This document shows positions 13,330 to 28,480 of a stretch of 64,000 nucleotides of DNA, in pieces. The notes beneath the pieces were generated by a model that made no database searches, was not told where the DNA came from, and saw only the letters and a list, made by a program, of their open reading frames with translations. The translations under genes and the position numbers were made by a program. Numbering within the stretch: the stretch's first letter is position 1; every line of letters starts with the position of its first letter. Origin of the DNA: Dendrobates tinctorius (lineage: Eukaryota); NCBI RefSeq assembly GCF_039654945.1, contig NW_027361714.1, positions 24,428,001-24,492,000 on the forward strand. The letters are read 5' to 3'.

Positions 13330-14150
13330 TGTCAGTGTAACAATAATATAGTACACAAGTGACATTATACACAGGAGCTCTGTATATAGTGTCAGTGTAC
13401 AGATAATACAGGGATCACCAGTGACATTATACACAGGAGCTCTGTATACAGTGTCAATGTACAGGTAATAAAGTGATCACCCGTGACATTATACACAGGA
13501 GCTCTGTCTATACTGTCAGTGGACAAGTAATACAGTGATCACCAGTGACATTAAACACAAGAGCTCTTTATATAGTGTATAGTGTACAGGTAATACAGTG
13601 ATCACCAGTGACATTACAAACAGGAGCTCTGTATAGTGTCAGTATACAGATAATACTGTGATCACCAGTGACATTATACACAGGAGCTCTGTGTATAGTA
13701 TATAGCGTACAAGTAATACAGTGATCACCAGTGACATTATACACAGGAGATCTGTATGTAGTGTCAGTGTACATGTAATACAGTGATTATCGGTGACATT
13801 ATACACAGGAGCTCTGTCTATGCTGTCAGTGTACAGACAATACAGTGATCACCAGTGACATTATACACAGGAGCTCTGTATATAGTGTATAGTGTACAAG
13901 TAATACAATGATCACCAGTGACATTATACACAGGAGCTCTGTATGTAGTGTCAGTGTACAGGTAATACAGTGATTACTGGTGACATTATACACAGGAGCT
14001 CTGTCTATACTGTCAGTGTACAGATAATACAGTGATCACCAGTGACATTAAACACAGAAGCCCTGTATATAGTGTCAATGTACAGACAATACAAGGTTCA
14101 ATTGTGATATTATACAGAGGAGCTCTGTATATAGTGTCAGTGATAGTTGC
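13330..14150. repeat. ~62-bp minisatellite (GTACAGGTAATACAGTGATCACCAGTGACATTATACACAGGAGCTCTGT...)
   Basis: About 13 tandem units; the same repeat occurs at 36945-37420 inside a hAT element. Confidence 0.92.
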
Positions 14151-15540
14151 ACATGCAATGGAAAGGAAATTATTTGATTGAGTATGAATAAACACCTTTA
14201 CAGAGTTGGGTAATATGTTGGGACTTGATTGCGCTATGTCTGCTTATTTGCCTTTCTGTAGATCAGAAAAGATGGCATGTTAATTTTTACTGTGCCTAAT
14301 ACTGGAATTGGCTGGTGTGAATTGTCAACGTCTGGAGAAAAAGGAAGAGATTGTTTGTGACTGAGCTGCATCTGGATCAAGCGCATCAATTGTGTATTCA
14401 ATTGACTGATTTACTTTACTGGAGACATCGGAAACGTCTTCAGATTGCTTGCTGCACCCTAGTGTCTGATGTGGTTATTATAGACTCAGCAATACTTATT
14501 TTTCAAATTTAACCCTTTGACAGATGGCATTGTATATACTACAATATATTTAGAACAGGACAACTGCGCGGCAAATTAACTCATTGTATTGCTATGTTCC
14601 GCGTTGGCACACAAAGAACATTGAATCTAACACAGTGAGATTTCAATTTAAATTGGACATGGCAAAAGTCTCATCATCAAAATAAAATCCTAGACCATCC
14701 AGCCACTTAGGAAATTTTAGAGCATCCCTAGGTAGTAAGGGCCAGACCTTCTGCTCAGGACCACAAACAGCTGCATATTCTCCACTTCAATCATCATTGT
14801 GACTCCCAATGGCTGACTTTACCTGCTTTTTCCCAGGAGTAAAGGCATACAAATCATGCCTTTTTGAAAGAAGCTCTCACAGCCAATTGGGTTCATTACT
14901 CAATCTATACCCCAGACTGACCTGAAAAAAATGTGGATTCTTTTCTTCTCCAGGATCATACAGTAAATCCTAAATTTCACATTTTTACAGGAATTAGTCA
15001 TTTTTACAACTATATTTTTTCTTTTATGTGTTATATGTGTTAAAAATAGAATTTTAATCTATACTTAATTTAGAATACCAAAACACACAGTGCATACGTG
15101 AGCACAAGGTCCTTAGTGAAGCACATTAAGCTTTGGTAAAAACACAAGCTGTTATGACTTAATAAAATGTGTATACTAACAAACCACTGTGTGACTGTGA
15201 CCTCCACCTAATTAGTAGGTTCCAGCAAAGCCGTTGCTTAAACTGCATTAAATTGCCATTTCATGCTCAACCCATGTGTGTGTGTGGTATAACTAATTTA
15301 ACATGAATTTATCTAGTGGGAATAAATAGAGGGAATAATTTCTGAGATATCTGTCATCACTGTATGTGTACTTTAAGACATAATAAGACAATCTGTCTTG
15401 CTAACAGCCTGCCTGTTCTCGTCCTGACAATAAGAAAATCTTAGCTTAAGCCCCCGTTACACATATCGATATCGCTAGCAATTTCGCTGTAACGTCACTG
15501 ATTTTGTGACGTAGCAGCGATATTGCTAGTGATATCGCTA

Positions 15541-17173
<1,633 letters not shown>

Positions 17174-17508
17174 TATGTCTGATACTTACCTGCGACCGGC
17201 TCCCCCGCTGCTCATCGCTGGTTGCGCAAGATCGTCCTGGACCATTTCTCGTCGGGCGCCTCCTGCTGTGGCGACGAGTGACGCGTGGACGCGGGCGGGA
17301 GGATGTCAGGATCGCCACGTCTGACAGGTACGTAGCGACCCCCGACCCCTGCTATGTTGCTGGTGAGATCTGCCTGTGTGGCAGCTCACTAGCGACCACT
17401 TAGCGATGCACCAGCGATCCATATCGTTGTGGGGATTGCTGTTGCATCGCTAAGTGTAACGGTACCCTTACAGTGTTGGAAAAATTAAACTGATTTCCTG
17501 ATAATTAA

Positions 17509-17822
17509 ATAGGTTGTCCACTACTTTGATAATGATGACCTATCGGCAGTGGTGTGACTGGAAGTGTTCAGTTATGGAGCTGCTCTGTCAACTGAAACTG
17601 GCCGTGACCAGGTACTGCACATCCACCCCGTATTAATTTTAAATAGTGGTGGATGTGCAGTACTATCCACGGCCACCATAAGGAGACAGAGCAGCTCTGT
17701 AACTGAGCACTTCTGGTCCTGTACCGATAACAGCTGATTGGCGGTGTCACGTCTCCCCTGATCAGATATTGAGGACCTATCCTAAGGATAGGTCATTATT
17801 ATTAAAATAGTGGGCAACCTGT
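17509..17822. mobile_element. T2/Kolobok-type MITE (TTAA TSD)
   Basis: TTAA-ATAGGTTGTCCACTA ... TAGTGGGCAACCTGT-TTAA; internal inverted symmetry. Confidence 0.65.
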
Positions 17823-18807
17823 TTAAGTAACCACAAATGTTGGTCTCATTCTTTCTAAATCCATATTGCTTCTCTGGGAGGAATTACATTAATTTTAAAC
17901 CATTTACAGTCTGTTGTACAGTTAATTTGCTGGATCATGTAAAATTTCGAGAAAGCCAGGCCATCATTTGACACAGGAGCGGACGCTGGCAGAAGAGGGC
18001 CCCTATTCAAGAACAATATTATACAGGTTGTACCTATAATAGTATGTCTGCCCCTGATTAAGCAATAGAAGAAAAACTGAAATGATTCATCAAAATCATT
18101 CAGCTGCAGACCGGAGAATTCCCATTTCTAGATTTTGCTGAATATAATTTCATTCTTGGAAAAATATCAAACATTCCCTTAAACTTTCCAACAAAAGTCC
18201 ATTTGTCGCATATCTCTTTATTAATTTATATACAGACATCTGTTGGGAAATCACATATTGAAAGGTCCAAAATTCTCTTTCAAGACTTAATAAACTGATT
18301 ATTTTTTGTACAATATTACAGTGACTTTTAAAAATGTTATTTAGTAAGCTATAATCTAGCACAGGGAATGGTAAATCAGTCCTTAACCTTATAATTGAGA
18401 TTGAATGTACAGATTTATTTTCAGGAAAGTGTAGACTATTTTGGAGGCAACATTTATGTGTTCCACATGATGTATGATGTACAGTATGTGCCACGTGCAG
18501 AGATGAGCCAACAAGCCACTATAAAAGATCTTCCTATAAGATTAAATAAATGGGCTGTTCTTATCCACAGGGAAAGGAATGGGAAGAATTCTGCTTTATA
18601 TAGGGCCAACAGCTAGAGTTAGTAGCTGTCTGAGCGTGAGCCCACACCTGGCCAGCTAGGACCTGGGGAGCTGTTGAAATCACGCCTTCGGTAACATCGC
18701 CTGACAATTATGGACCCATAAGTGGACCCTATATGGCTCGGACAGGTGTGTGATATGTGGCACTAATATTGGAATTCCTATAACTGGAGAAAAATATTTA
18801 GAATTGA

Positions 18808-18843
18808 AAGCTTTCGAGACTACTCAGGTCTCTTCATCAGGCA
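18808..18843 (-). ncRNA. Minimal hammerhead ribozyme motif (inverted copy)
   Basis: Minus strand reads TGC-CTGATGA-A-GAGAC-ctgagta-GTCTC-GAAA-GCTT. Confidence 0.65.
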
Positions 18844-18908
18844 TTGACTAATACAACATTTGAAGAGTCACATATTTCACATATGGTTTCAGATGTTGTA
18901 TTAGTCTA

Positions 18909-18947
18909 TGCCTGATGAAGAGACCTGAGTAGTCTTGAAAGCTTGCA
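18909..18947 (+). ncRNA. Minimal hammerhead ribozyme motif
   Basis: TGC-CTGATGA-A-GAGAC-ctgagta-GTCTT-GAAA-GC-TT-GCA: CUGANGA and GAAA cores, 5-bp stem II, 3-bp stem I, palindromic AAGCTT in place of stem III. Confidence 0.7.
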
Positions 18948-21034
18948 ATTTGTTACCATCTTTTCAGTTAGCCATTAAAAGGTGTCAACCACTGGGGAAT
19001 CCCAATTCGAAATATTTTTCTATCTACTGGCTAACATGGTGCAAAGATATATATCTTTCCTGTATATAACTGCAGAGATATTAGCGCCATGTTTTTTTTT
19101 TAATTAAGCAGAATTGACTAAGCAATGTGAGATTTGATTTGTTGGCCTCTTCTTCATGTGTAGCTGAAATGCTTGTCGATTTACCCCTTTTAATAATCTG
19201 AATAGATGACCATCGTAATATAGGTTTTAACGAAATACGTAAAGAAGTACGGAAAGAGAAGCCAAAATGGGAAGAATGACACTGCTGCTGCCAAGACTGT
19301 CAGCCATCACTTCTGAACCTTCCATCAGACATATACATCAGAAGTATAGTCTGACTTACACCTCCAATCAAAGACTCTGATGTACGCGTCTGTTTAGGCA
19401 TGTTGTGTCATAACTTGCAAGTGACACACAGTAACACGGACTAGATGAACTAGGCATTACATAGTTACTAGTTGTGGAAATGGGTACTGGTTGGGGGAAC
19501 TGTGGGACTCACAATTATAGGGGACCTGTGACCTGCTTTGTTATGAGATCCCCAAAGCTGGCATTATTATGAAGGCACTGTGGAACTGAAAAAAAAGTCT
19601 TATATAACACCCAATATACTCCTATTATTCCATATGTAAAAGTTGGAACAAATAATCCTAAAACATTGCAGAATTCGGAAAATAGGTGGGTCAACGTCTG
19701 CCACGTATGTTATACAGATTATATTTTAAGAACGGCACATCCTCCTTTCACTTTCTTTTGTCACTGTTCAGGCAAAAGCCTTAGGACATGAAGATAAACC
19801 AAGTAAAGGAATAATGAAGAAGGGGCCAAGAGACTTGTTTGTATCAAAAAGAAGGTCATCATGACCAGAAGTTTACAACTTGTTCTGTTTGCTAGGTTGG
19901 CTATAGTAAATATAGAAGATTTATTTATTGCACAGCTAGGGGGCGCTCTAATACCTTGCATTAAGATGGAGGCGAAATTCTACCTTCTCTTAGAAATGAA
20001 ACCAGCAAAAATCTTAAAGTTACAGAACTGCAGAAAAATAGTGAAGGTATTCAGACCTCATTATGCCGGGAAGCGAGGCAGATAACTTTTTGATAAGTTG
20101 TATTTTTGGCCCTTGTAGTCACAGTATTTCAATCTGACACTGGGAAAAGATAGGTTTAGCAAGCATGCAAAACGACATCATAATCATAATTTGGGAACGT
20201 CAGAAAATAACGGATGGATAATTTTTACACTCCTCCTTAGTAAACCTTAGCTGCCCAAAATGATAGCTAGGTACCATAAAGAAAAAGGTAATGGATTGCT
20301 ATTCAGCCATTGCAAAGTTCTTTGTATGGCAATAGAAATCTCCCCCCAGAGACAGTTAGTAACCGCATGTCTAAAACATTCTGCTAGAAAAGCTCCCCTC
20401 CTAGATGAAATCCCACTTTTTCGCTTTGTAACAGGCAGCCAATTTCAGCAGAGGGATTTAGGTCTCTACATTGCTCTGTCTTTTCTTTCTATGTATAATT
20501 TGCTAGCAAATTAAAATGAGTTACATGCACTGGATATTCTGCGTGTTTCACAAGCAATAAAAACTGATTTCTGCTTTTACTTTTTCATTAGATTTTGGCG
20601 AGCGGATAATCAAAATGAGCTTATTCTCCATTTCATTTTATGAGAATGATTTTTTCCAAGCAGCGCAGTGTGCACATATGTGTGTGTGTTGGAAGCCGTT
20701 CTTTTGGACGGGTGCCTTGTATAGCAGTAGTGGCAAGTATATGGCAGGACAAGTGAAAAGGATAATATTGGTAACACTTCAGTGAAAACTCATTGAGGGA
20801 ATATCAGATTCCACACTTAACTGTGGCTTGGTAAACTGCAATGTATGGGAAGACATGACAAAACATTTCCATTATAATGACCGATTACACAAAATGTAAT
20901 ATTTGTGGTTGAGTACACAGAACACTTGTTAAAAGGAAATCTCTATCTTTCATAACAAGTGGGTACATAGTGATATGGTAATTGCATTGTAACGCATGTA
21001 CTCACAAGCATCACTGATGTTTTAAATACTCTGT

Positions 21035-22200
21035 AAGGGCTTCTTCACACTTTCATTTCTTATGTCCGCATGCGGTCCGTTTTTTAAAAACTGCAATACG
21101 GACATATGCACACTCATTGTATTCAATGGTGGTGCGCGCATGTCAGATTTTTCACACAGACCATGTGTCCGTGTGAAAAACCCGCAGACATGTAAGTTTT
21201 TTTGCGCAGCATGGACAAAATGCGTGCGGCACACGTGCACACGGATGACATCTATGTGTCATCAACACTGCACGTACCAGCACCTAGGAAGAAGCGGTAC
21301 AGTTCATGCTTTGCCCAGGCGCCGGCCGGCAGCTGAAGGCAGCGCTCATCATTGTCTCCTGCTCGCGCTGATCTCAGCACGACCAGGAGACAATGATGGG
21401 AGTTACATTCAGCAGCAGCTGGGTAACTCCTGTGTAAATTAAAGAATTAAATAAAAAAAAAGCTTATGCTTCTGCACAATTTTCATTACCAGCAGAAGGA
21501 AAGCCCACAGCTGGGGAGTTATTTTAATAACCTGGGACAAGGGACAATACCCTATAAGGTTCCAAGGATATTAATAACAGTTTACAGCTGTTTGCTTAGC
21601 CTTTACTGGTGAATTTACGGGGGACCCCAGAAAAAAATGATGCAGGGTGCCCCAATAAATTCAAACCTGCAAAGGCTAAATAGACAGCTGTGGATTGATA
21701 TTAATAGCCTGAGAAGGGTACCAACATCTGCCCTCAGCTGCCCCAGAAATTGCACATCCATAAGATGCACCAAATCTGGTGCCTAGTCTCACTCTTCCCA
21801 CTTGCCCTGTAGTGGTGGCAAGTGGGGTAATAGGGTTGGGGTTATCAGCCTTTTATTGGCAGCTCACATCAAGCCCAAGGGTTATCAACAGAGAGGCAAC
21901 CCCATTACTAACCCCATAGTCATATTTTAAATAAATAATATTCAGAATTAAGTCTTTTATTTGAAATAAAATTCCACACCCTGCTTTACAAATGTATTTA
22001 AAAATAAAAAACAAAGTTATAATCACCTTTTGCCCATTCCATTGAAGCCCTTGTCCCTTGTAAAAGACAGAAAACAATAAACAACAATTATACTCACCTT
22101 ATCCCTAATCAATTGAATCCATTGTCTCCTGTAAAAAAATAACTAAATAAAAATCAACCATATTCTTCACCTGTCCAAAGTGATGATTAGCAATACTGTC
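21035..22200. mobile_element. Probable Harbinger-like non-autonomous element remnant
   Basis: Starts TAAGGGCTTCTTCACAC followed by TCCG/CGGA-rich subterminal motifs; right end not resolved. Confidence 0.35.
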
Positions 22201-22252
22201 CCACGCCGTAATCCAGCTCTGCGATATGTGGTTTATAACATGGATGGATGGT

Positions 22253-22289
22253 GGGCGGCACGGTGGCTCAGTGGTTAGCGCTGCAGCCT
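22253..22289 (+). mobile_element. tRNA-derived SINE head fragment (A-box only)
   Basis: GGGCGGCACGGTGGCTCAGTGGTTAGCGCTGCAGCCT; no B-box or body follows. Confidence 0.55.
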
Positions 22290-22554
22290 ATTGCGGACCA
22301 CGGATCTCACCAATACTGTTTTTTCATGTACAAGAATCACCAGGACGTGTGAAGGAGGCCTTACATGGGGATCTGAAAAAGCAAATATTTCTAGAGACTT
22401 TTGTTATCACAATGATATTCTTAATAGATCTACTTTCAATAATGGATGGGGAGACCTGAGTAGTGGGCCTAATCTATTTACCAAGACAGTTCTAAACATG
22501 TTTAACCAGTAACTGCAAGTACACAGAGGAAAAAGACAGGAACTCTAGTGCTAT

Positions 22555-25518
22555 TGTTACGCCCAACGGTGGTGCACAAGGATTTGTGGACTCACTGTGG
22601 CACAGTGAGTTCAGGCACTGGCCTCACACGGAAACAGGGGAGCAGGTCCAGACCCTGGACGTGCACGGACAAGGGGAGCACATCCAGGAATGGATGCACA
22701 TGGACCCAGGGAGCAGGTTCTGGCACTGGCTGCAAATGGACCAGGGGAGCAAGTTCAGGAACTGGCCACACACAGACCGGGGAAGCAGGTTCAGGCCCTA
22801 GCAGCACATGAACCAGGGAAGAAGATTCAGGTCCTAGCTGTACACAGACCAGGGGAGCATGTTCAGGACTCTGGCCACACCGGGAACAGGGGACCTCACT
22901 ATTCACTACACTACACCCGCCCGCAAGGACTCTCTGCAGAGAAGTTGGAGGCATGACTAGTATGCTTATCTCCATCAAGCCATTCTCAACATAGGACAAA
23001 GCGGGCGAAGTACCAGTATCTTGGCATTGGGAAGTCTCTCAACATTTCATGAGATCATCTACCACCCTGGAGGATACAAACACTTACTGGAGATCCTCCG
23101 CTTGGTTGTTGGATTGCAGAGACTTGAAAGATGCCACTGCCTTGACGTTCATTTCACTAGACCACCTAGAAACTGAAGAAACATCCTCTGGGTCCATCTT
23201 CAGCCTGATCTCTAAGATGAAACATTCACTAGGCAGGGAGGTTCCTGGAGGCAGATCATTGGTACAATCGTCTGTGTGGGGACATCGCCTCCGCTTCCCT
23301 TCCTTTGGAGCAGACAGAGAGGAGGCGACTAGCAGACGTGGTGGAGAAGATGGTGACACAGATTAATAAGCTGGACATATGGGGACCAGACACCTTTTGT
23401 GACTCAACTGTCTCCAATGGAATACTTCTCTGTATCTTCAGTCTGGAATGGGTACTTGGGTTCTCAGCTCTGGACGACTGAACGGAAGTGGGAGGAATGA
23501 ACCAGTCAGCATGTAGAAGACGATATTCTATATATGTAGTGCTCCTATATGGAGATGTGAGATAACTTGACTGTTCTTTGGTAGGGCTCGTTCTTCAACT
23601 GGCAAAAACCTCACCAAATTCTGGAGCTGTCGGATGGGAATCTGATACTGCTCTTCAAGGCCTGCAGAACAAACTCTCCCACTGGACTTTAGTTATCACT
23701 TGCCACGGTTACAGTCACAGTCAATAGTGGCGGGGGAGTACTCTCACCAAGGCCAGCCTCTTCTACTGGTCCTAGGCTGTGGAATATTTTAGACTTCACT
23801 GGACAAAGACCGTCAGGATGTTTTGCACAATCGTAACGATACTGCAATCCCATCTCATGACTGAGTTCTGGCTCCTGCTCAGTCTTCCAAACACGGTCAA
23901 CTTTCATGGGTCCTGAATGGGTTGCTGCCCCAGCAGGCTGGGGAATATGTGGCAATTGGATGGAGAAGGCCAGACGTGACAATTTCCTCACACACGTAAC
24001 CTGTCTGATCTGCTCTTGGAAGATGGGAACAGAAGTTAATGCAGAAGTTTCTGGCCTCAGCTTATCGAACATCTCACTGAAGGCCATCAGGAAGACCTGC
24101 AGGTCCGAGGTAATAGGAGTCCCTTTTTCCCCTTAGGGGTTCAGTGATGCCAGGGCATCTCCTGCTAGGTAGGACATCAGGAATCCCACCTTGGTCTGAT
24201 CAGAGAATATTGCTGACTGAAAACTTCTCAGTACCGCATGCACTGCTTCAGGAACCCACAGCACTGCTTGGGATGCCCACAGTACCAATGTTGATCAGAC
24301 AGGACAGGTTCCACTCCAGAGGCATAAGACTTGGGTTTCATAAGCACAGCCGTAGTTACTGCAACTTGGGCTGACTTCAAGGCTTAGGAACTGCAACTGA
24401 CTTCAAGGCTTCCAATCGGGCATCAAGTGTCTGCAAATGGTACAAACTTTTTTCCTGGCTCTCTCTTGCTGCTAGCTCAGCTGCTGACACAGCTCCAAGC
24501 ACAGACAGGACTGGGGATCATGGCCCATGGCCAAAGCAAACTGTTAAGTCCAACGATGGTGGACGTGAATTTGTGGACTCACTGTGCCACAAGACCGGGT
24601 CTCCCAGGAAGGGGGTAGCTAATCGGCTACCAGGTGTTCACTGGAGCTTCTGATGGTGGAGACAGACTGGGCTGCAAGTAGCCCCCAGGTACCACTCCTA
24701 GGCAGATCTGGATACTGCAGCTGCTGGACCACAGGGGTCAGGTTCACTGACACTGATTATGGTATAGGGCTCCATTCAGAACGATTACAGACACGGATTT
24801 GGGCTACATTCAGACTTGGCTAATTTGAAGACTGGTTCTAGCAGGCCAGATATAAACAGACCAAGGGATGAGATTTCAGGCATTGGCCACACAAGAACCA
24901 GGGGAGCAGGTTCAGGAACTGGTCACACATGGACCAGGGGAGCAGGTTAAGGAACTGGCTGCACTTGGACCAGGTGAGCAGGTTCAGGCAATGACTGTAC
25001 TTGGACCAGGGGAGCAGGTTCAGGCCTTGGCTACACATGGACGAGATGAGCAGGTTCAGGCACTGGCCACACATGGACCAGTTGACAAGATTCAGGCACT
25101 GGTCGCACACAAACTAGGCGAGCAGGTTCAGAACTCTGGCCACACTGGGAAAAGGGGACTTCACAACTCACTAGTAGGAAACACTGCACACTAATGAACA
25201 ATGCTGCTTTGGCAACTCCCTAAGAGTGAGGGACTCTTTTTATACAAGACACCCATCTTGCAGTTGTACTCTGATACTAAATTCCTCCCAGACATTCAGC
25301 TGGGGGCATTTTTCTATGTGCAAACGCTACCCCTTTAATAATGGGGGAGCCCACACTCATGCGCACACTAGGAGTGCTGCCAGGAAGTGGGGTGTGCACA
25401 GGCTGGAGACATGACAGCAGAAGGTGAACATGCTATTTGGCCAGAGCAGTGAGTATGCTAGCGTCCCTACATGGATGGGGAAGGGGAAATATGCAGGGGC
25501 GCTGGCAATTGTGTTTCA
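22555..25518 (-). mobile_element. Internally deleted sushi-type gypsy LTR element
   Basis: LTR starts TGTTACGCCCAACGG (22555) and TGTTAAGTCCAACGA (24542); ends ...TTTCA at 25518; TSD GCTAT/GCTAC, and the host repeat rejoins across it. Gag/pro remnants (SGPMKVDR, CPVKSKIFHSLGPVEEA). Both LTR copies carry 36-bp tandem repeats (22600-22885, 24860-25150). Confidence 0.75.
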
Positions 25519-26838
25519 GCTACCTACTGGAAGTAGCAATCCTAAAAATCAATATTGACTCTCTAATGGGAATCTGTCAATAGTTTTTGTGTAATCTGAG
25601 AGCATCATGATATAGGGACAGAGACTCTGACTTCAGTGGCGTCACTTACTGGGTTGCTTTGCAGAAAGGAAGGATCCAGCAGAGTAGATGGCAGTTAAAA
25701 TACAACTTTTTATTTCAATTCAATAAAACTTGCAATAATGCACACGAAGTCGGGTGTATAGCACATCAGTTAGAGTCATTACAAACGGAGTGATCTATTT
25801 CAAGTGTTTATTTCTTTTAATGTTGATGATTATGGCTTACAGCCAATGAAAACCCAAAAGTCGTTATCTCAGTAAATTGGAATACTTTATAACACCAGCT
25901 TGAAAAATGATTTTAAAATTCAAAATGCTGGCCTACTGAAATGTATGTTCTATAAATGCACTCAATACTTGGTTGGGGCTCCTTTGGCATCAATTACTGC
26001 ATCAATGCGGTGTGGCATCGAGGCGATCAACCTGTGGCACTGCTGGGGTGTTATGGAAGCCCAGGTTGCCTTGATAGCAGCCTTCAGCTCTTCTGCATTG
26101 TTGGGTCTGGTGTCTCTCATCTTGCTCTTGACAATACCCCATAGATTCTCTATGGGGTTAAGGTCAGGAGAGTTTGCTGGCCAATCAAGCACAATGATAC
26201 TGTTGTTTTTAAACCAGTTATTGGTACTTTTGGCAGTGTGTACAGGTGCCAAGTCCTGCTGGAGAAAGAAATTTCCATCTCCAAAATGTTTGTCGGCAGA
26301 GGGAAGCATGAAGTGCTCTAACATTTCCTGGTAGATGGCTGTGCTGACTTTGGTCTTAATAAATCACAGTGGATCTACACCAGCAGATGACATGGCTCCC
26401 CAAACCATCACTGATTGTGAAAACCTCACACTAGACCTCAAGCAGCTTGGATTGTGGCCTCTACACTCTTCCTCCAGACTCTGGGACCTTGATTTCCAAA
26501 TGAAGTGCAAAATTTATTTTCATCTGAAAACAACACCTTGGGTCACTGAGCAACAGTCCAGTTCTTTTTCTCCTTGGCCCAGGTATGATATTTCTGGTAT
26601 TGTCTATTGGTCATGAGTGGCTTGACACAAGGAATGTGACACTTGTAGTCCATGTCCTGGATATGTCTGTGTTTGTTGGCTCTTGAAGCAATGACTTCAG
26701 CAGCAGTCCAATCCTTGTGAATCTCCCCCAAATTTTTGAATGGCCTTTTCTTGACAATCCTTTGAAGGCTGAGGTTATCCTGTTTGCTTGTGCACCTTTT
26801 TCTACCACACTTTTTCCTTCCACTCAACTTTCCATTAA

Positions 26839-27630
26839 AGGGAACCTGTCACCCCCCCAGGGCATTTTTCAGTTAAAGAACCACCTTCAGCAGCACTAAG
26901 GCTGCATTCTGTGAAGGTGGCTCTTCTTTTTCTGAACCCCAGTAATGCCAAAATATTGACTTTTATAATTAGCTCCTCATACCCGTAATGCGTCCCACAG
27001 GTATGATGTGTCCCCCTCTACCATCCGTCAATCATGCCTGTGCGGCGTCTCGGCGCCACCCACCATCTGTCCATCATGATGCCCCGTGCGTCACTGCCTC
27101 CTCTTGATTTGAATCCTGGCACCTGTGCTGTGACAAGTGTTCTCGGGCATGCGCAGTGCTGCTGCCCGAGAACGACATCAGGCTATTGCGCCTGCCTGTT
27201 GTGGAGGCCCCAGATCCCGCCCTGCAGTGTGCTATGACGTATTCACACTGCGGGGCTGGGGCCTCCACAACGCACAGGCGCAATAGCCTGATGTCGTTCA
27301 CAGGCAGCACGCACTGCGCATGCCCGAGAACACTTGTCACAGCGCAGGCGTTGGGATTCAAATCAAGAGGAGGCAGCGACGCACGGGGCATCATGGTGGA
27401 CAGATGGTGGGCGGCTCTGAGGCGCCGCACAGGCATGATTGATGGATAGTAGGCGGCTGATAGAGGGGGACACATCATATCTGTGGGACACATTACAGGT
27501 ATGAGGAACTAATTATAAAAGTCAATATTTTGCCATTACTGGGGTTCAGAAAAAGAAGAGCCACCTTCACAGAATGCAGTCTTTGTGCTGCTGAAGGTGG
27601 CTCTTTAACTGAAAAACACCCTGAGGGAAC
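26839..27630. mobile_element. T2/Kolobok-type fold-back MITE, right end lost
   Basis: TTAA-AGGGAACCTGTCACC start; about 390-bp arms forming a near-palindrome centred near 27237. Confidence 0.8.
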
Positions 27631-28480
27631 TGTTTGTGCTGACAGAGGAGTTGTGAGTTCTCTTTCTGGGCTCCCTCTGGTGGTGGCAGGAGGTAATGAA
27701 GCTGATCTAATTAACAGAGACCTGCCACCTGATAATGAGGACGACGACTGGACATCTGGAGTCTCAGACTGGATTTAAGACAGCCGACTTCCTATTCCCA
27801 TGCTGGTGATTTTTTCCTGCCTCCTGAGGTCTTGGTTTCCAGCTCAGTTCCTGTCTTCTCTGCTAATGTTCACATTTGATTTGGTTTTGTCTATTCAGTT
27901 TTTGTGTGGTCAGCCAGCCCGGGCTGGGGCTGTGCTGAATTTCCAATCTTATGTTACTGTATGTGCCAGTTTGCTTTTTGTCCCTTATTAGATTGGACTC
28001 TTTTTGCTCTGTTCTCAGAATATGCCAGAGTGCTGATATAGTGGATGAAGTCTAGTGACTTCAGGGTTTTTTTGCTATCAGAAGTGTTGGACATTTTTTG
28101 CAGGGTTTTTTGGCATGATTGCAGACAGTATCTTTCCTTTCCTGTCTTTTCTAGTTAGTGTGGGCCCCACCGTTTGCTCAGCCTATTTTCCTACCTGTAT
28201 TTGTGCTTTCATCTTGTTTCACCGTCAATACATGTGTGGGGGGCTGTCTATTCCTTTGGGGTCTGCTCTGGGGCAGTTTAGATTTCCCCTTTTCTTGCTT
28301 TAGGCTTATTTAGTCCTCTGGCTGTGATGAGGCATCTAGAATCATCGTAGGTACGCTCCACGGCTGCTGTTAGTTGTGTGGTTAGGATCAGGGGTCTGCA
28401 GTCCACATAGTTACCAACCTCTCTGGTTTTCTGTGACTTAGCTTGGTTTTGTTTTCCTCCTCGGTGACCCAATCATAACA
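27631..28480. mobile_element. Solo LTR, family A (left-truncated; ends CATAACA)
   Basis: Colinear with 56583-57985 and with the reverse complement of 63192-64000. Confidence 0.75.

Larger units (their letters stand above)
18791..19064. mobile_element. Short Penelope/retrozyme-like insertion with two inverted hammerhead motifs
   Basis: Inverted arms 18808-18864 / 18888-18944; 12-bp TSD TATAACTGGAGA (18779-18790) / TATAACTGCAGA (19065-19076). Confidence 0.75.

Noticed and set aside
13330-14150. Regularly spaced repeats resembling a CRISPR array (also 6103-6436, 36945-37420, 60790-61700)
   Set aside because: The units are contiguous tandem repeats without unique spacers, no cas genes are present, and the context is eukaryotic.
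14200-15400. Possible host exons in apparently unique stretches (also 19100-21000, 44400-45500, 47000-48200)
   Set aside because: No convincing splice-bounded ORF or recognisable protein motif. Short exons or enhancers cannot be excluded without RNA-seq or alignments.
22253-22289. tRNA gene
   Set aside because: Only an A-box-like 5' segment is present, with no cloverleaf or B-box; better explained as a SINE head.
25670-25770. Possible fourth Penelope-like end
   Set aside because: No hammerhead core or TSD is visible, and it is truncated by the Tc1 element.
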